Positions 49,178-63,986 of a stretch of DNA of 64,000 bases are shown here, in pieces. Every line of letters starts with the position of its first letter. The stretch's first letter is position 1. Position numbers and translations under genes: made by a program. The stretch comes from Bigelowiella natans CCMP2755 (lineage: Eukaryota > Protista > Cercozoa): NCBI GenBank assembly GCA_000320545.1, contig ADNK01001958.1:53270-117269 (forward strand), read 5' to 3'. The notes under the pieces are model-generated. The model was not told the DNA's origin. It ran no database searches and worked only from the letters and a program-made list of their open reading frames with translations.

Positions 49178-50563
49178 CTAATTTTGCTTGATATCTACGC
49201 TATCTGCCTCTCTATTATGCAATGGTCTTTTATTCGTATCGTTGCGCTTTGTAGCCAATAATGAGGTGCTCTGTGCTATGATACCCTCAGCAACTTTATT
49301 GAGAAAATTGCTCCACTCTGAGCCCGTTAGATTTAAATTAGGCCCGCCGAACATATCCGGCCACATCTCAATCTCATTCAGCCGAGCTTGCGGACCAAAG
49401 TCAATCCTCAAAAGAGGGAATTTCTTCAGGGCTGGTATAGTCGTGAACACAAGCTCCTTAACCACTTTTAGTTCTTGCTTCACTTCATCGGAACTTGCAC
49501 GTACTGGCCATTGAACGTCTCCGACCCATCCCACGTGAGAGATTGCATACAGAAACACACCATTAGAATAAAAGATTCGAACTTCCGGTTCCGTCAAAAA
49601 ACGTTTCTCGTATTTCTGAATAATGAAATTAGGGTCAAAAAACGGGTATTGCCTAGACGTTTCTTGTAAGCCCAATCGGGTTCGCCGAAGATCTTCCTTG
49701 AGCGCAGCAATTGGCTTGATTTTTAATTCCGTTACACCTTCCTTCCCGGCTGAGAAGTTCTCTTTGGTAACAACCTTCTTTTCATCCAACTGCAACGCCC
49801 ATTCCACAATATTATCTAAATCTGATTCTGGTGAAACTATTTCAGTCGGCTGTATGCACCCTTCTTTTCGAAGCACGGGAAGAAGCTTCGATAAGTAGTT
49901 CGTTTTCGTAAAAATGCTGAATACTTGATCCTTGGTCGGCACAGTGACGGGAATCTTATCCAACATATCTACGAAGTTATTAAGCCAGTTGGGATCCTCG
50001 TGAATTGTGGGCCAATCGTGGATAAAAAAGATCGCGATGTCGCAATCTGGAATCGGATTCGCAGCTCGAAGGTCATCTTCCAACGTGTATTCGATAATTT
50101 CATAACCCAGTTTATCCTGAAAATGAGTCAACACCCTACTCGCAAGCTGGTGCTGGGCTATTTTTTCGTGAAGATGGTCGTCAGGTCGAGCGCACCCTAA
50201 GCATGGAGTCCACCATGAGCATCTCGTTCGTCGAACCCGGGTCAAACAATTCTTGGAGCAGCAAACTGTTGCCAGTAGCCTTGAAAACCAGGAGCACCTT
50301 ATCCCGCACCCGCATGGCCAGCTATCCCACGATCTTCCGCAGCACCATTTCCACGAGTACGAACCAGTACAGCACAACCAGACCCAACAGGGATGCTCAC
50401 TCAAACAACAATTACACAGGCAGTGAAAAGTCCGGGTGTAGGGGCACAACGGAGTATAGCAAACACCACACGGTGCTTGAAATGTTCCGCAGAAGCATCC
50501 AGGTCTAGGATCGTTGTCAAATACGGCTAAAAGAGTCGGACGTCGAGAGTTAGGGTGTGGCAT
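49178..50563 (-). CDS. ATP-grasp ligase (RimK/GshB-like) with Cys/Trp-rich N-terminal domain; coding region intronless
   Basis: TKTNYL, IQPTEIV, VVTKENFSAGKEGV, FIIQKYE, EVRIFY.NG and RIDF...LNEIE.WP are ATP-grasp motifs in the expected order. First ATG at 50563. Confidence 0.8.
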   Translation of the reverse strand: MPHPNSRRPTLLAVFDNDPRPGCFCGTFQAPCGVCYTPLCPYTRTFHCLCNCCLSEHPCWVWLCCTGSYSWKWCCGRSWDSWPCGCGIRCSWFSRLLATVCCSKNCLTRVRRTRCSWWTPCLGCARPDDHLHEKIAQHQLASRVLTHFQDKLGYEIIEYTLEDDLRAANPIPDCDIAIFFIHDWPTIHEDPNWLNNFVDMLDKIPVTVPTKDQVFSIFTKTNYLSKLLPVLRKEGCIQPTEIVSPESDLDNIVEWALQLDEKKVVTKENFSAGKEGVTELKIKPIAALKEDLRRTRLGLQETSRQYPFFDPNFIIQKYEKRFLTEPEVRIFYSNGVFLYAISHVGWVGDVQWPVRASSDEVKQELKVVKELVFTTIPALKKFPLLRIDFGPQARLNEIEMWPDMFGGPNLNLTGSEWSNFLNKVAEGIIAQSTSLLATKRNDTNKRPLHNREADSVDIKQN

Positions 50564-53483
50564 CACGCTCCACCCTTGGCAAGACCCGCTACCAGTGGGC
50601 GTTTAGGCAGCGCTCATCAGAAATCTGCAAAAACTCGAGAAAACTCGAAAATAGCCTATAAATACAAGTTGCGACATCCTAATTTGCCATTATAAGTTGT
50701 GAGCGTAACTATTATTGGTATTGTTGCATTCCGAAGAAGTCCATGGACAAAAACTCGTGCTTGATTTATCTGAGACTTCGTACCTAGACCAAACGAAGAG
50801 GAACTCGAAGGAAGGAAGCAACCAGATCGTCGACCCTCTGCCTCGTCCCAATCCCACACCTGTCTCCTCCCTTCTCTCTCTCTCTCTCTCTCTCTTTCAT
50901 TGTTGACGAGAAAGGGGTCCGCCTTGGAGGGAAGTGCTTGCGATGCCGATTGTGGATGGATCCCTGGTTCCCGAAGAGAAGGAGGCTTCGTCGTCGTCGC
51001 CCGATAACGAGACTTCAGGTAGTTGTCAGGTTCATCCTGACCAAAATATATTGCTCAAGATCTTCATCTGCAGATGCCTTGGCCCGAAACACCACACCGA
51101 CATCACGAGGATCAAATTCTACGTGCATACGCCTCATTCGGTAGTATTAAATGACCCCGTTATCATTTTGTAGAATTCAACACTTATACCTCTAAACGTG
51201 ATTACTCAGGAATGTAAATCTTGGCCCGAAGGTATCTCAAATACACTGCTGTGATAACGATGCGATGCTCACATCTAAAATAGCATGCGAATCAGTGGTT
51301 TCTAAACTATTTTTAGGTTCCATTTTTCCGGTTCCGGGTTCCTATTCTGCTGCTTCTTGCTGCTCTCGTCGCTATTGGTAGCACAGAATAGTGTAGATGT
51401 GCTTTTTCTTATTCTCTTACACGATTTTCATCTCTTGATTCCACAAAAATTTAGAGATATTTGTGGTTGTTGGCATTTGGCTTGTACAGGTTGGCATTTT
51501 GAATGGGAGTGGAAACCAATGACATTATTCACGCTCCAGATTGTGACGATATCAATCTTAAGGTCGTCCTAGGTATGAATAGGTTGTCAACATATTACGG
51601 GCACAACATTGAATTGAACGACAGCTTTGATTGGAAGAGAAAAAAATGGGTGTTTTTGGTAATACCCTAATGTCAGTATCACACCGAGACGAGATGGATA
51701 CACATACGGTGGAGATCAAGGGGTAACATTGATTCACACACATGCACGCACACACGCTATATATAATTATATATAATATGTGTATGTGTAGTGTGTATCA
51801 TGCAGTTAGCGGTGAAGAGGGTGGGGGATTAATAGAAGATAGTATACATGTTCAAACATTTCCTTCTAATTTCCACTCTTCGTACTAAAAAGCCGGCTGG
51901 ATCGTCCTCACGACCGCGCCAGATGGGAGTGCGCGACTTGCCTCCAAGCGTGCGCTCTACGGGAGGATGAGGACCAGCGGGGTTAATTTAACAGCATCCA
52001 TATCTCGAAAACAATTGTCAAAACAACGATCTCGTTTATATTGCTCACAAATTGTGTCACCCAATTTTTTTTTTATGGTCATTGGAGGTGCTAAGCCCTG
52101 GATCTGGAGACATGTAGATACAAACCCTATGAAGCCACTCAGGGTAATCTCGCAGCAATAGAATACCATTATCACATGCCGATTTCGTGCTTCCGTGCTT
52201 CCGTGCTTCGTTCCGGTTTTAGTCTTGAACAGAGATGAAAGAGTTCGATTCTTAGAATGTGCAAGAGAGCTTATCCTATGATGTTTACATTTTCTGTGAA
52301 CGATTCTAATGGTTGTCATCGATGATGGACCATAAAATAGGAAATCTATACTGTTAGAGGCTGAGGTGGCTGAGGGTCCTTCCTACTCTACAAGTCAAGT
52401 AGCATATATTTTGTATACAGCTTTAATCTGTAGTTGTCGCCTACATGTCTATGCTGGACCGTCTGTGGCATGCTACAGATTCAGATGAATGTGTACAGTG
52501 ATCATAAAGTCATGGATTATGTATGATTCTAATTTAATAAATAGAAAAATGAAATCGGAGTTTAGGAGTGTAAAATAGGTGTAGGAACTCAGATTGCGTG
52601 GCAGTCATGCAGCTTAGTCCGCAACATCTAGATATTCTGTAGATTTCGTCCACATGTGCGCCAAATCAGCATGCATCATGATGTAAGGCGATGCATACAC
52701 TATGATGGAGACACACGATGTGACATACTCCCAACCTCCATCGCGCACATGATCTTCGAAATCGAACGTGTCTTGCATGTTTCAACATGGTTGCTTTGTC
52801 ATTTTACGACGACACGCACGCATGTGCTGTGACACATGCATGTGCTTTTATTTTACAGCTGTCACTGGTGGTAGCCCTCTCATCCACCATCGCCGATTTT
52901 GCATGTGCGTGACTGAAGGACAAATGAGACAGAGCCGAACTCGACGACTGTGAGTGCACGCCAAGTTTGGGGAGTCGAGTGCGGCCATTCCACGCACCTG
53001 CGCATGTGCAATGCCCATGCTAGTATCACAAATGAATGGCAACATGCTGCATCATTAAATCACGTGTAACCCTTACATGCGTATGGCACCACCATTGTCA
53101 AATGAATGAATGAATCAAAGAGGCTGGTCTCGGAAGAGAAGGAAACACGATTTTGAATTCAACTGAATCCCTGAATTGAATGGGCACGTTTGCTTTGTCG
53201 CAGCACAAAATAGCTGAGATTTGCAGATTCCCATGTTCTTCACTGAGTGCGTCCTGCAGAAAGTCTTGTCGCAGCATGTACACCGCATGAACATTTGAAG
53301 CAGCTCTTTGTGTCTTTTTTTGGGCAAAGTCTCACGAATAATCTCGTTGATCTTTGTCACATCAGATCCCCCCCCCCCCCCAGATAGGAACCGGGTATCT
53401 TCCCACGAATCCAACCACCTACCAACGCAACCATTCACCTGCCAACTAAGCCCAAATCTGCGATATTGTTGTCGCGAAGACCA

Positions 53484-55126
53484 ATGGTGCAATATGGAGA
53501 GCCTCAATTTCGTGGAAGATACTTCATGGCTGTACTGATCTGTGCGACCGCGTATATCGTTTGGAGCGGAGTCGCTACCTCGGGATTACATGCAGGTTGA
53601 GATCGAATACTTAAGAAATTACTGATTTTAACTATTGCAAAACATCCTGTCATTTTTCTCCTCCTCGCATCTCTTCTTCATGCAGGGTTGGCAACATCAT
53701 CGTTGAGGCAGGGAGAGCGGATGATGAAGGTTGGGTTTCAATCAGCATCACACCCGGCGCTGGTACGCAATGGTGTTCTACCGTCACAGAGGAGACAACA
53801 TGAAATCACCCCTGGGGCTACTAAGGTGTTATGTTAGTCGTTAATGCGTGTGATAGAAGATATGATCGATTTTCATCCCCTCCCTATCAGTACTCGGACA
53901 TCCTGACAAGGACTACTCAAAACCCCCTCGGATTATCGAAATTGAGGAGGAACGTTAAAACGAATTCAGGTCATCAAATCCAAGAATATAGGACATTGCC
54001 GTGCATATCACATATGATTTTCGGCTCTTTGCCTCCTCCCTTCCAGAGCACGACATATAAACTAAAATATTACTTGTAGGGCGTAGAGCGCCGTTGACGA
54101 GGGAAGAGGAAGCTGAAATTATTGAGGAGCTTTCCAAAAACATGGGACCAGATGAAGAAATTGTCTTCGAGCCAATGTAATGATATCTCCTACCACCAGG
54201 GATAATATTAGTTGATTCGGAAAGCAAAAATGGAGGAGTTCGTCGTATATAACACAGCTTGATAACGAATACTTCTTTGTGTGCTGGCTTATACCTCAAC
54301 CGGATCACTGCTCCTGTTGTTGCTGTTTTTGCTTTCTTATAATTCTGCCATGTGGGGTCGTCATTTTCTACGAACGTGCCACGTGAAGCGTAAGGTGCTT
54401 GTAAACATTTCCAGTATATCTGTAGCATATGTTTAGTGCCTGACACTGTCTCACCCAATGCTTCTCTCGCTCACACGGAACCTTGCCAAACACAAATAGC
54501 TTGGAAAGATCATGATCCATCTCTTTTCAACGTCTCCTCGAAAACGTCTATGCTATTTGTCCTGCCACTTGATTTTTTGTGGGTGCTCTCCGCGACGCTG
54601 AACGAAATCCTGACACATTTTATAGTAGTGATAACATTCAGCCCACTGATTGTGCATAGAATGTGATTGCAATGAAATCCTGTGGCACGTTGGTCCTGAT
54701 TGCTGCGATGGTATACTTTGGATTAGTCAAGGAAGCAATGTCCTCGATTCTTCCACATGGATTCCTGTTCTCCGCAAGAAGGGGTATTATGCCGTACACT
54801 AGCAACAGAAAAGGACGAATAATTGAGAGATGATGAAATATGAGAAAGCATCAAGATGATTAGAACATTGTGCACGAAATCCCTCCAGGAACTTTTGGAG
54901 AAATCTGTTCGATTCACTAACGAGCACGAGGACATCGCTGAAAGGATACTACTCGAAGCCCGTCGCAGCTGAATCTAAGGAGGAGGAGGGGGGAGGGGAG
55001 AAACAGGCAACTAATGATGCTGAAGAGGTCTATTCGTGTTGTGTGACTCTATGGTGTATTGCTAATGTATGTATTCACAATTATGCCTTCGCACGTCTCA
55101 CTACATTCACCTCCCCCCCCCCCCCC

Positions 55127-55166
<40 letters not shown>

Positions 55167-55346
55167 AAGACATATATCTCGTTCTATGATGATTACGTTT
55201 GAATTTTAACTCTCTTGCTGAATTGAAGTCTTGATGAGTACAAAACGCTGCGTTCTTTCTGAGATAACGGGAGTTATGTAAAATTGAAGTGTGCGCACAC
55301 GCACGGCGCATCTGATTTGTAATTATACGTTTTGACTTCCACTTAC

Positions 55347-55403
<57 letters not shown>

Positions 55404-57864
55404 TGTTGTGTTCCGTTAGCAGAGACGACAACAAGAAGCAAAAGTAGCAGCGGCCGCTTTAAAAGAAGAAAGAGAGAGGGCAGCCGCCAAGAAAAAGGAG
55501 GAGCAGGAGTCGCAGAGAGCTGCAGCTATTGCTGCGGCAAAGACAAAAGAGGAAGAGCGCGAAAAGGAGTCTGAGAAGATAAGAGCAGCAGCAATTGCAA
55601 GGGAAAAGGAGGAGGCAGCGAGGGCAGCAGCTATTGCTAAGCAGAAGGCTGAGATCGAAGAGAAGGAGCGGAAGAAGAGAGAGGCCAAGGAGAAGGAGAG
55701 GGCCGCAAAGCAGGCCGCCCTTGAGAAAGAACGACAACAGAAGCAACAGCAGCAGGAGGAGAAGGAGAAAAAAGTGGCCAAGGAAAAGGAAGAGAGGCAG
55801 GAAGAGAAGGAGAAAAAAGAAGCTAAGATGAAAGAGGAGAGGGCCGCAAAGCAGGCCGCCCTTGAGAAAGAGCGACAACAGAAGCAACAACAGCAAGAGG
55901 AGAATGTGAAAAGAGAGACCAAGGAAAAGGAAGAGAGGGCCGCAGAGCAGGCCGCCAAGCAGGCCGCCCTTGAGAAAGAGAGGCAGCAACAGCAGGAAGA
56001 GAAGGAGAAAAATGAGGCTAGAATAAAGGAAGAGAGGGCTGCAAAACAAGCAGCCCTTGAGAAGGAGCGGCAACAACAGCAGGAAGAGAAGGAGAAAAAT
56101 GAGGCTAGAATAAAGGAAGAGAGGGCTGCAAAACAAGCAGCCCTTGAGAAGCAGCGGCAACAACAAAAGCAACAACAACAGGAAGAGAAGGAAAAAAAAG
56201 AGGCTAAACTGGAGGCAGAGAAGGCAGAAAAGGAGAAACGACGCCTCTACGAACAACAGCAGAAAGAGGCAGCTGCTCAACGTGAGAAAGAGAAGAGGGA
56301 GGCGGACAGTCGTAAGCAGATGGAGGAGAAAAGACGGCAATATTTAGCCGCCGTTGAAGCAAAGAGGGAGGCAGAAAGGAAACTCGAGCAGGAGAGAGTG
56401 CAAAAAGAAGATGAGCGGCGGCAGCAAAGAGAAGAAAGGGAGAAGGAGAGGCAGAAACGCTTTCAGAGGAGATCACGGGAGAGGGAGATTTGGGCTCGGA
56501 AACAACAGCAGATAGAGCGTAGAAAGGACAAACTGACGCTCCAGAAGTGGGAGACGGGGCTCAAAAAAGAGAAAGAGGTGAATGTCCAAATTGTGGATGA
56601 TTATTGTGGATTAGGGGTGGTAGTAAGCAGTGTCGCACAAACGCAACACGCACACACATACACATAGCACTATCATCATCATCAAATTCGTCGTAACAAG
56701 ATATGTTTTTATTGTGTATTTACGAATAGCTACGAGAGAACTCGGTATCATCCGGTCTCCTCCCGCCCCCTGTCTCTGCGCTTGCTACTATTGGAGCTGG
56801 AGTGACCTCATTAATCGCCGCTAATTCCCCTAGTATCTCCTCTCAATACCTCAATTTCTGGGCATCGTTAGGGGGTGCGGACGTCATTGCGAACATTGCC
56901 TCCCCCTTCATCGTTGCAACTGTTGTCCTTGCGATGAAAAAAGGACGGGGGGTTAATACGCCGCCGACGGATTCGTCGTCATCATCATCATCCTCCTCCT
57001 CTTCTTCGCAAAAGCTGCTTGTTCCCTTCCTCGCTGGTGCTTTGGCAGCTGTAGCCTCCTCAGCGACACGCATGTTCTGGGAGGGGGTTCCTTCTAGCCC
57101 GCTTCCCGTAGATCTCCCCGTAGCATTGGCCCTGGGTGCTCTTGTCCGCATACCGAATAAAGCAACAGGCCTCGCAGGGGTACTAGGATCCCTCCTCCTT
57201 GGAGATCATCTTGCCACTACAGCAATCAACGGTTTCTTAGCCGCGAACACGGCGCCAGGCAGCCTCTTCGTGCTCCCCGCCGCAGTCACCGCCCTCCTCC
57301 TCAGCACCAGTACGGCTGCCCTCTCCAGGATTTTCCGGGGGGGGCATTCAGCTGAGCAGCGTCTGCTGACAGAGGGTGGGGCGGAGGGTGGTAACGACAG
57401 GGCTGTTCTTCAACTGCGGCGTGCAAGTTTAAACGTGGCGATGAGTATATTCATCCTCAATATCATTGGCTTGACATCTCTAGGCATTCCAGCATCTTTA
57501 GCAGGTCTCCTTGCCCTTTCCGTTCCCAGGCTATTTCCACGATCTTCCTCTGGATCGCTGAAGGCAGGTGAAGATGCAGCAGCTACTGTGTCATCGTCGC
57601 CCAAGGCATCAGCAGCTTTCTTCGTTGCTATTATAAGGAGATTCACGTGGTGGATCTTACTGCCGCTTGCTGCAGCCGCTGGAGGGGCAATTTCTTTGTT
57701 CGACCCCGCTCAAGGCCTCTCCGGTGCTCTGGGACTGACTCAAACATTGGTGGAAGAAGCTCCTGACGTTGTTATGCACAACATCAAACTCTGGCATCCT
57801 GTCGCGCTGGTAACTACTAGATCTACCACCGTCTCAAATGTTCAGAAGCATAAATTGTCCTGCT

Positions 57865-57904
<40 letters not shown>

Positions 57905-58480
57905 GTCATCATCATCATCATCATCATTATCATCACTTACTCACCTAGGGTCTAGTTGGGGGTTTGGCAGCAAGTGCAAGCGTCGTGTTGCCTCTAGCCG
58001 CGGGGCTATTTGCTGTCGGTGGGATGGGCAGGTAGAAGTAGCAGTAGTAGTAGTTGTCGTAGTAATAGAAATAAGAACTACCCATTCCCAGATTTGATGA
58101 TGTGATGAGCGTTTTTTTTTTCGGGAGCCATCATCATCATCATCTTCTTCATCATCGTTTATTGTCTCCTTGCTTTCAGATTTGTGCAGGTTCCCATTAC
58201 CGAAGAGGTGAAGGAGACCACACGAGAAAGGGTGCTCACCGCGGTCACGCACCTCTCGTCAAACGTTGCTGTCGTAGCAGCCGCAGCGGCAACTGCCATC
58301 AAACCGCTCATAGCGGCTGCTGTGTTGAGATTCTTCCTTCCATCATCCGAAAAGAATGGTGGAATCACGCCAGAATGGCGGCGTACAGCTCTGGGGGCAA
58401 CCCAAGTTCTTGCATTAGGGTTTGCAGCATCGTTAGCCGCTGTGACGCCTGGAGCTCCCCGCGTCTCCATTGCAGCTTAA
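53484..58480 (+). CDS. Multi-exon protein: signal + transit-like leader, long K/E/Q/A coiled coil, multi-pass membrane C-terminus
   Basis: Leader MVQYGEPQFRGRYFMAVLICATAYIVWSGVATSGLHA|GLATSSLRQ...; coiled-coil exon ~55420-56577 with five ERAAKQAALEK-type repeats; hydrophobic exons ~56710-57810 and 58190-58480. Joining into one gene is inferred. Confidence 0.6.
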
Positions 58481-59347
58481 TCGTTGCTATGGGGTGTGTG
58501 GTTCTGCTTCATTACCAAGATCACGTCGCCTAAAGGAGGAGGGGGGGGGGCAGCACCCTCTCCAATGGCTAGCTAGGCATCTCTAGCTTTCCTCAATGTT
58601 GTGTGTTACAATTTGACCTAGTTTCTACATCTTCTATGCTTTCTTTGTATAGCTTTACATTAGAGATCGTGTAGTCAGAGGTTCTATGATCATGCACAAG
58701 TTGTTTATAATGATACATTTAGCGAAATTGTTAAGCGTGAGGCTATGCTAAAAGACTAATGTAGCAGCGAATAGAGATTGTACATTGACAATTCGTGCTG
58801 TTATCGAGACCATTACGCTAATAATACGCACCTCTCTAGCTCTGCTCCGCACTGACCATTCACTGCGTCGCACGTATACTAATGTACTACACAACATGCA
58901 GCCTGCTTGGCGCAAACGAGTGCTCAGTAATAGAGTATGGAAGACATTGGGTGGCAGCGTGTAGGCAACCTGCAACGCTCGCTAGCTCGTTGTGCTCGCA
59001 TTATATGTATTTATGTTTAACAGACATTCTAGAGATGTTGCATATGTTCACGCGATGAGCATGAATGCATGCACACTCATGTGGTTGCAATTGGGTGGAA
59101 AATAACATGATAACAAGATTATATGTGATACGGCAGCTAGCGAAAGTTCAGTGTCAGCATAACTGCTTGTATCACCAGACTAATTTCGCTCTGGTATTGT
59201 TTGTTCTTAAAATATGAAGCACACAATAACTAATAATTCGAATGTGCTATGCACAGTGCAAAGCATGTGTAAAAAATACAACTCCTTATTCGCTAACTGA
59301 TTTGACCTATTTTTTTCAACGTACTACATGTCCAGAGAATGATAGAC

Positions 59348-59384
<37 letters not shown>

Positions 59385-59877
59385 TTATTTATAATTTTTC
59401 CATTGATCTTGGAAGTGGAACGACGTACATGCTCCTGTCGGCTATGGCATGAAGCCACATATAAAATATATCGGAAAGTACTACTTCACTACGGCGCATT
59501 ATCATTAGTTTCTCTAATTTCTGTACAGATGATTCGGTACATTCTAGTGAATGATGCAGACCCAACTGTTGATATTACAATTGTTGTCTATTTGTTTAAA
59601 GTCACGGCAACCTCACAAAATGTCGATTAGAACTATGATCCGAGGTATTAATTACCCCCCCCCCCCCCTCTATACATTTTTATCAATGTTTCTGTGTACT
59701 ACTACCACTACTACTACTACTACTACTATAACTACTACTGTTGCTTCTACTCTTATCCTTACAATACGTGCAGTCCAAAACAATGAATACTGAAAGAACT
59801 TCGTCCTTCGCTCATAATATATTTTGATAGTCCCAATTTGGTTTAACTTTTAATCATTATAAGAAAAGCTTATCACG

Positions 59878-59988
59878 TCAATAACCGCGACATGATGACA
59901 TAGAATGATCCCCCCCCTCCTTTTCCTCCTCCACATTATCTGCCCCCATCTCACAAAAGGCATACGTTGTCCACGTCATTATTTTCGA

Positions 59989-60020
<32 letters not shown>

Positions 60021-60719
60021 AAGCTCCTGGTGTTGCTGCAGCTGCTGTGTAGTTGTAAGTAGCAGTAGGAGGAGGAGGTGGAGGAGGAGGAGGGTATTTC
60101 CCATAACACACGAAAAGCGGATATCAATATGATGATGATAACGACAACGACAACGATGATGATGATGATGATTGAAAGCGAAAGAGAAAGGACATTGGTG
60201 GAGATAATTTCAACAGGAAACTGTGGGATTTTCGAGGGATTCTGACACTAATTTGACGGCGGTTATGCTACTGCGACTACTACTACGACGACCACTACTA
60301 CTACTACTACTACTACTGAGCTAGAGGCGGTCAGCTATCTGATCGAAAAGCAGCACTACGTTCTGTTTCCTTAGCACTGCTTCCCGCAAGACGCTTTGCA
60401 TGTAGGCCATCTAATAGGAGAGAGGGGTGTAAAGCAGTAGGAGCACACGCACGCACGAGAAAAAACACAGATTTAATACATATATATATATATATATATA
60501 TAATGACTATTTGCACGTGCATTAGTCCGAACAGAGCGTAGCATCTGACCTCCATAGCAGCGTTTGAGCACTCGTTCCATTCGAAATATGGCACCGTGAC
60601 AATTGTCCAACCAAGATCCGCCAGCGCTCTGTGCTTCAAGAGGGCGGGGCCGTTCCGAACCTTCATCATCACATCAGAGGGGTTAGGAGAAAACGGGGGG
60701 GGAATGAGAGAGGGAGATT

Positions 60720-60758
<39 letters not shown>

Positions 60759-61515
60759 GTCATGAGATGATGAGGACTGCTCGGTCTTACGGCTTTTCTA
60801 TTCCGCTGATGAAGAATAATGAAGTATACACTGATATAGGAGCTATGGAGCAGGGTACTCAGTGGTAGTAGTGGTAGTAGTTGTAGTAGTAGCAAACGGT
60901 AGTAGTAGTAGCAAGCGGTAGTGTGAGGATTGTATCAACTACTGTTATATACCGTTGAGTTGTGCAGATAATGTGTTGGCCCATCTGCTTCTATAATGAT
61001 GTGCTCCAGCCTGTCATGGTTGTTGCAGACGATAAGAGGTGGGGGGGGGGGGGGGCAGAAGGGGAGGAGACGTCTAATAATAAACAATATGTTCTTCTTC
61101 GATAATACCCTGGCTCGGTGATGTGAATATCGATGCTCCATGTCCCTATCCTTCTCTGATAATGATGACGATGATAATGGTGAGGAGAAGGAGGAGGAGG
61201 AGGAGGAGGAGGACGATGACGATCGCGGTAGGGACTAACTGACGCAGCGAAAAATGATGATTCTATGATGTAATGATGGGATTGGGGCGATGCTCTGCCC
61301 CGTTGGCAAGAGACACATAATTAATCCCTCCTCCTCCTCCTCCTCCTCAAGATGACAAGCCACCTCGTTGATATGGCTGATGTTCATTCGATCCAATGCA
61401 GCCGCCACAGAGAGATGGAACCTAATGTTTGCAGTGTTATGTTACGTCAGATTATGATGTCGTCACAATAATCATCCGTGTGCTAAGCAGTGTATATTAT
61501 ATATGTATACATATA

Positions 61516-61569
<54 letters not shown>

Positions 61570-62762
61570 GGTGTTTATTTGTGAGTCAATTTCATCGGTA
61601 AGGAGGTAAGAACGTCATGACAGCAAGACAGTACACTCCCCCCCCCCCCCCCACACACACACAGACACACGAATCATAGCACCGCTCCTCCCTCACCTCG
61701 AAGTTGTTTGCTTTTCAAGGGCTTGTATACGTGCGCACTCCTCCCTCGCCCTACCCATGGATCAACAGCAAAACACAATGATGATGGATGGATGATTGGC
61801 GGCGATTTGGTGCTGAAAGCAGCGCAGATCTAAATCGGCTTCTTATGCTGCTGTGGTCGGCTATCCTGCTCCTCATCATCAAACTAGAACTTACCGCTTC
61901 CTGATTTTCGGACTATTCCAGCGAAGTGGCACTTTCTGTTAGCGGTAGCAACAGTGTCATCTCACGTGTGCAGGCAATGATATCTACAAACAAATCCTTT
62001 CCTCCTCCCCCTCCCCCTTCCTCTTCTTCCCCTTCTGATTCTTCACCTTGAAGTTTTTCTATATAACCTGACGTCATATAATACCTTTGGGTTTCCAGCA
62101 GCCATTGGCCCCTCCCCCGCCACAAAAGCGTACACCTCATAGAGCTGCACTAGCTCTCGTGTATCCCATTGCATGCACTCCTGACCATCGATCATCACTC
62201 GTCAATACCAAACAAACAAACAAACAAACGACAACAGCCACAACCACAGCCATACCATGGATCGTGCACTCATTACTGTAAAATGACTGACTTGCCAACC
62301 TCCCAACCTCCCCCCCCCCCCCCCCCCCAGTACAGGAGCCACTACCTGGCCCTTATCCCAGAGAGCGCGGAAGATTGGCGATTGCATTCTGCCTGTTAAA
62401 GAGAAAAAGCAGGAGGAGGAGGGTGAGAAAGAGATGGGGGGGGGGGGGGGATAATAGCGTCTCTATTTTGCTAAGAATTGTTATTATTCTTTGTTAAAAA
62501 GTGACGACTGTTGCTGTTCTCGTCATCATCCTCATCACCCTCCTCCTCTTCCTCCTCCTCACCATCATCATCATCGTCATCATCATCAAATATGAAGCTG
62601 CTCACAACTGACCTAGCACTGCCATAGCCCAGAGAGAATTGGCCAAATCCTGATGATGTTGTTGTTGATGATGATGATGATGATGATGATGGTAATCATG
62701 AGGTGGCGATCAAAACGATGGCGATGATGCTTACTTTCAATATGCACACTATATTCCCTTCA

Positions 62763-62798
<36 letters not shown>

Positions 62799-63271
62799 CA
62801 TTTGCAGAGAAACACTGACTACCCCCCCTCCCCCCCTCCCTATAGAACCTGGGAGTTAAGGCGACGGCTGTTGTGAAGGTTGGTGGTTGAGGATGAGGAG
62901 GAGAATCCGTTATAATTGCCTCGGTTGCTGCCTTCATCTACGAAAGACGTTGCGGCTGCAGGAGCATCATCGTCGCTACAATGTTTTGAGTTCCAATAAT
63001 ACGTGCTCTTGCTCTCACGTTTATCCCTCATGTTACTAACGACGCTGCTGCTGCTGCTTTTGCGGCTGTAGTACTGGGATGATGAGCTCACTCCTGTATC
63101 ATCTTCCTCTTCTCCTTCCATTGACATTTCTTCTTCCTCGTCACTGTATAGATGTGGCTGCTGTTCGCCTATATTCACATTTTCTACCAGAGGAACGCCT
63201 TTAGCAATGCCCTCTATGTTGTCAAATCGCAACGAATATCCGCGGGTCTATGAAAAGAAATATCACCATAA

Positions 63272-63342
<71 letters not shown>

Positions 63343-63795
63343 CGCACACACGCACAGAGACACACAGAGACATACAGACCCAGTAAAGAGGGGGGGGGGG
63401 GGGGAGAAAAACGAATGCATCCGGGAATGAAGATTCCCACCTGTGGGAGGGTCAGCTTCGTTCCTCTCGGTATGGCCTCCACGTATTTCTCTAGTCGCCT
63501 GAGAAAGAGGGGGCAGCATGTTCATAACAACGCATGCAAGCCAAACTTCCTACAAATGCTTTTCAGCATTGGAGAAAGCTTAGTTCGGAAGATAGCGACA
63601 GCTACAACGTGAAATAGTAGGAAGGCTAATCATGCCACCATTCGTGTTGCGCATCACGCAGCAGCAGCAGCAGCAGCAATAGCAGCAGCACCAGCACCAA
63701 ATATAAGAACAAAGCGGCGAGCAGTGCTAGACTCGAAACGGAGAAAAACGAAGGATGCGGACGTAATTTATCAATAATGATGTGAATACGACTGT

Positions 63796-63838
<43 letters not shown>

Positions 63839-63946
63839 CCGAGTTGATAAATTACTTCTCCAAAGCGTGTGCAAGGGGCTCTTCCAGACCTCTTCCCCAC
63901 CTCGCAAACGCCCAGAATATGTTGGCTACGTTCTGTGGCTGATAAA

Positions 63947-63986
<40 letters not shown>

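Noticed and set aside
55416-56476. Long Leu/Phe/Ser-rich minus-strand ORFs
   Set aside because: These are antisense shadows of the purine-rich coiled-coil exon.
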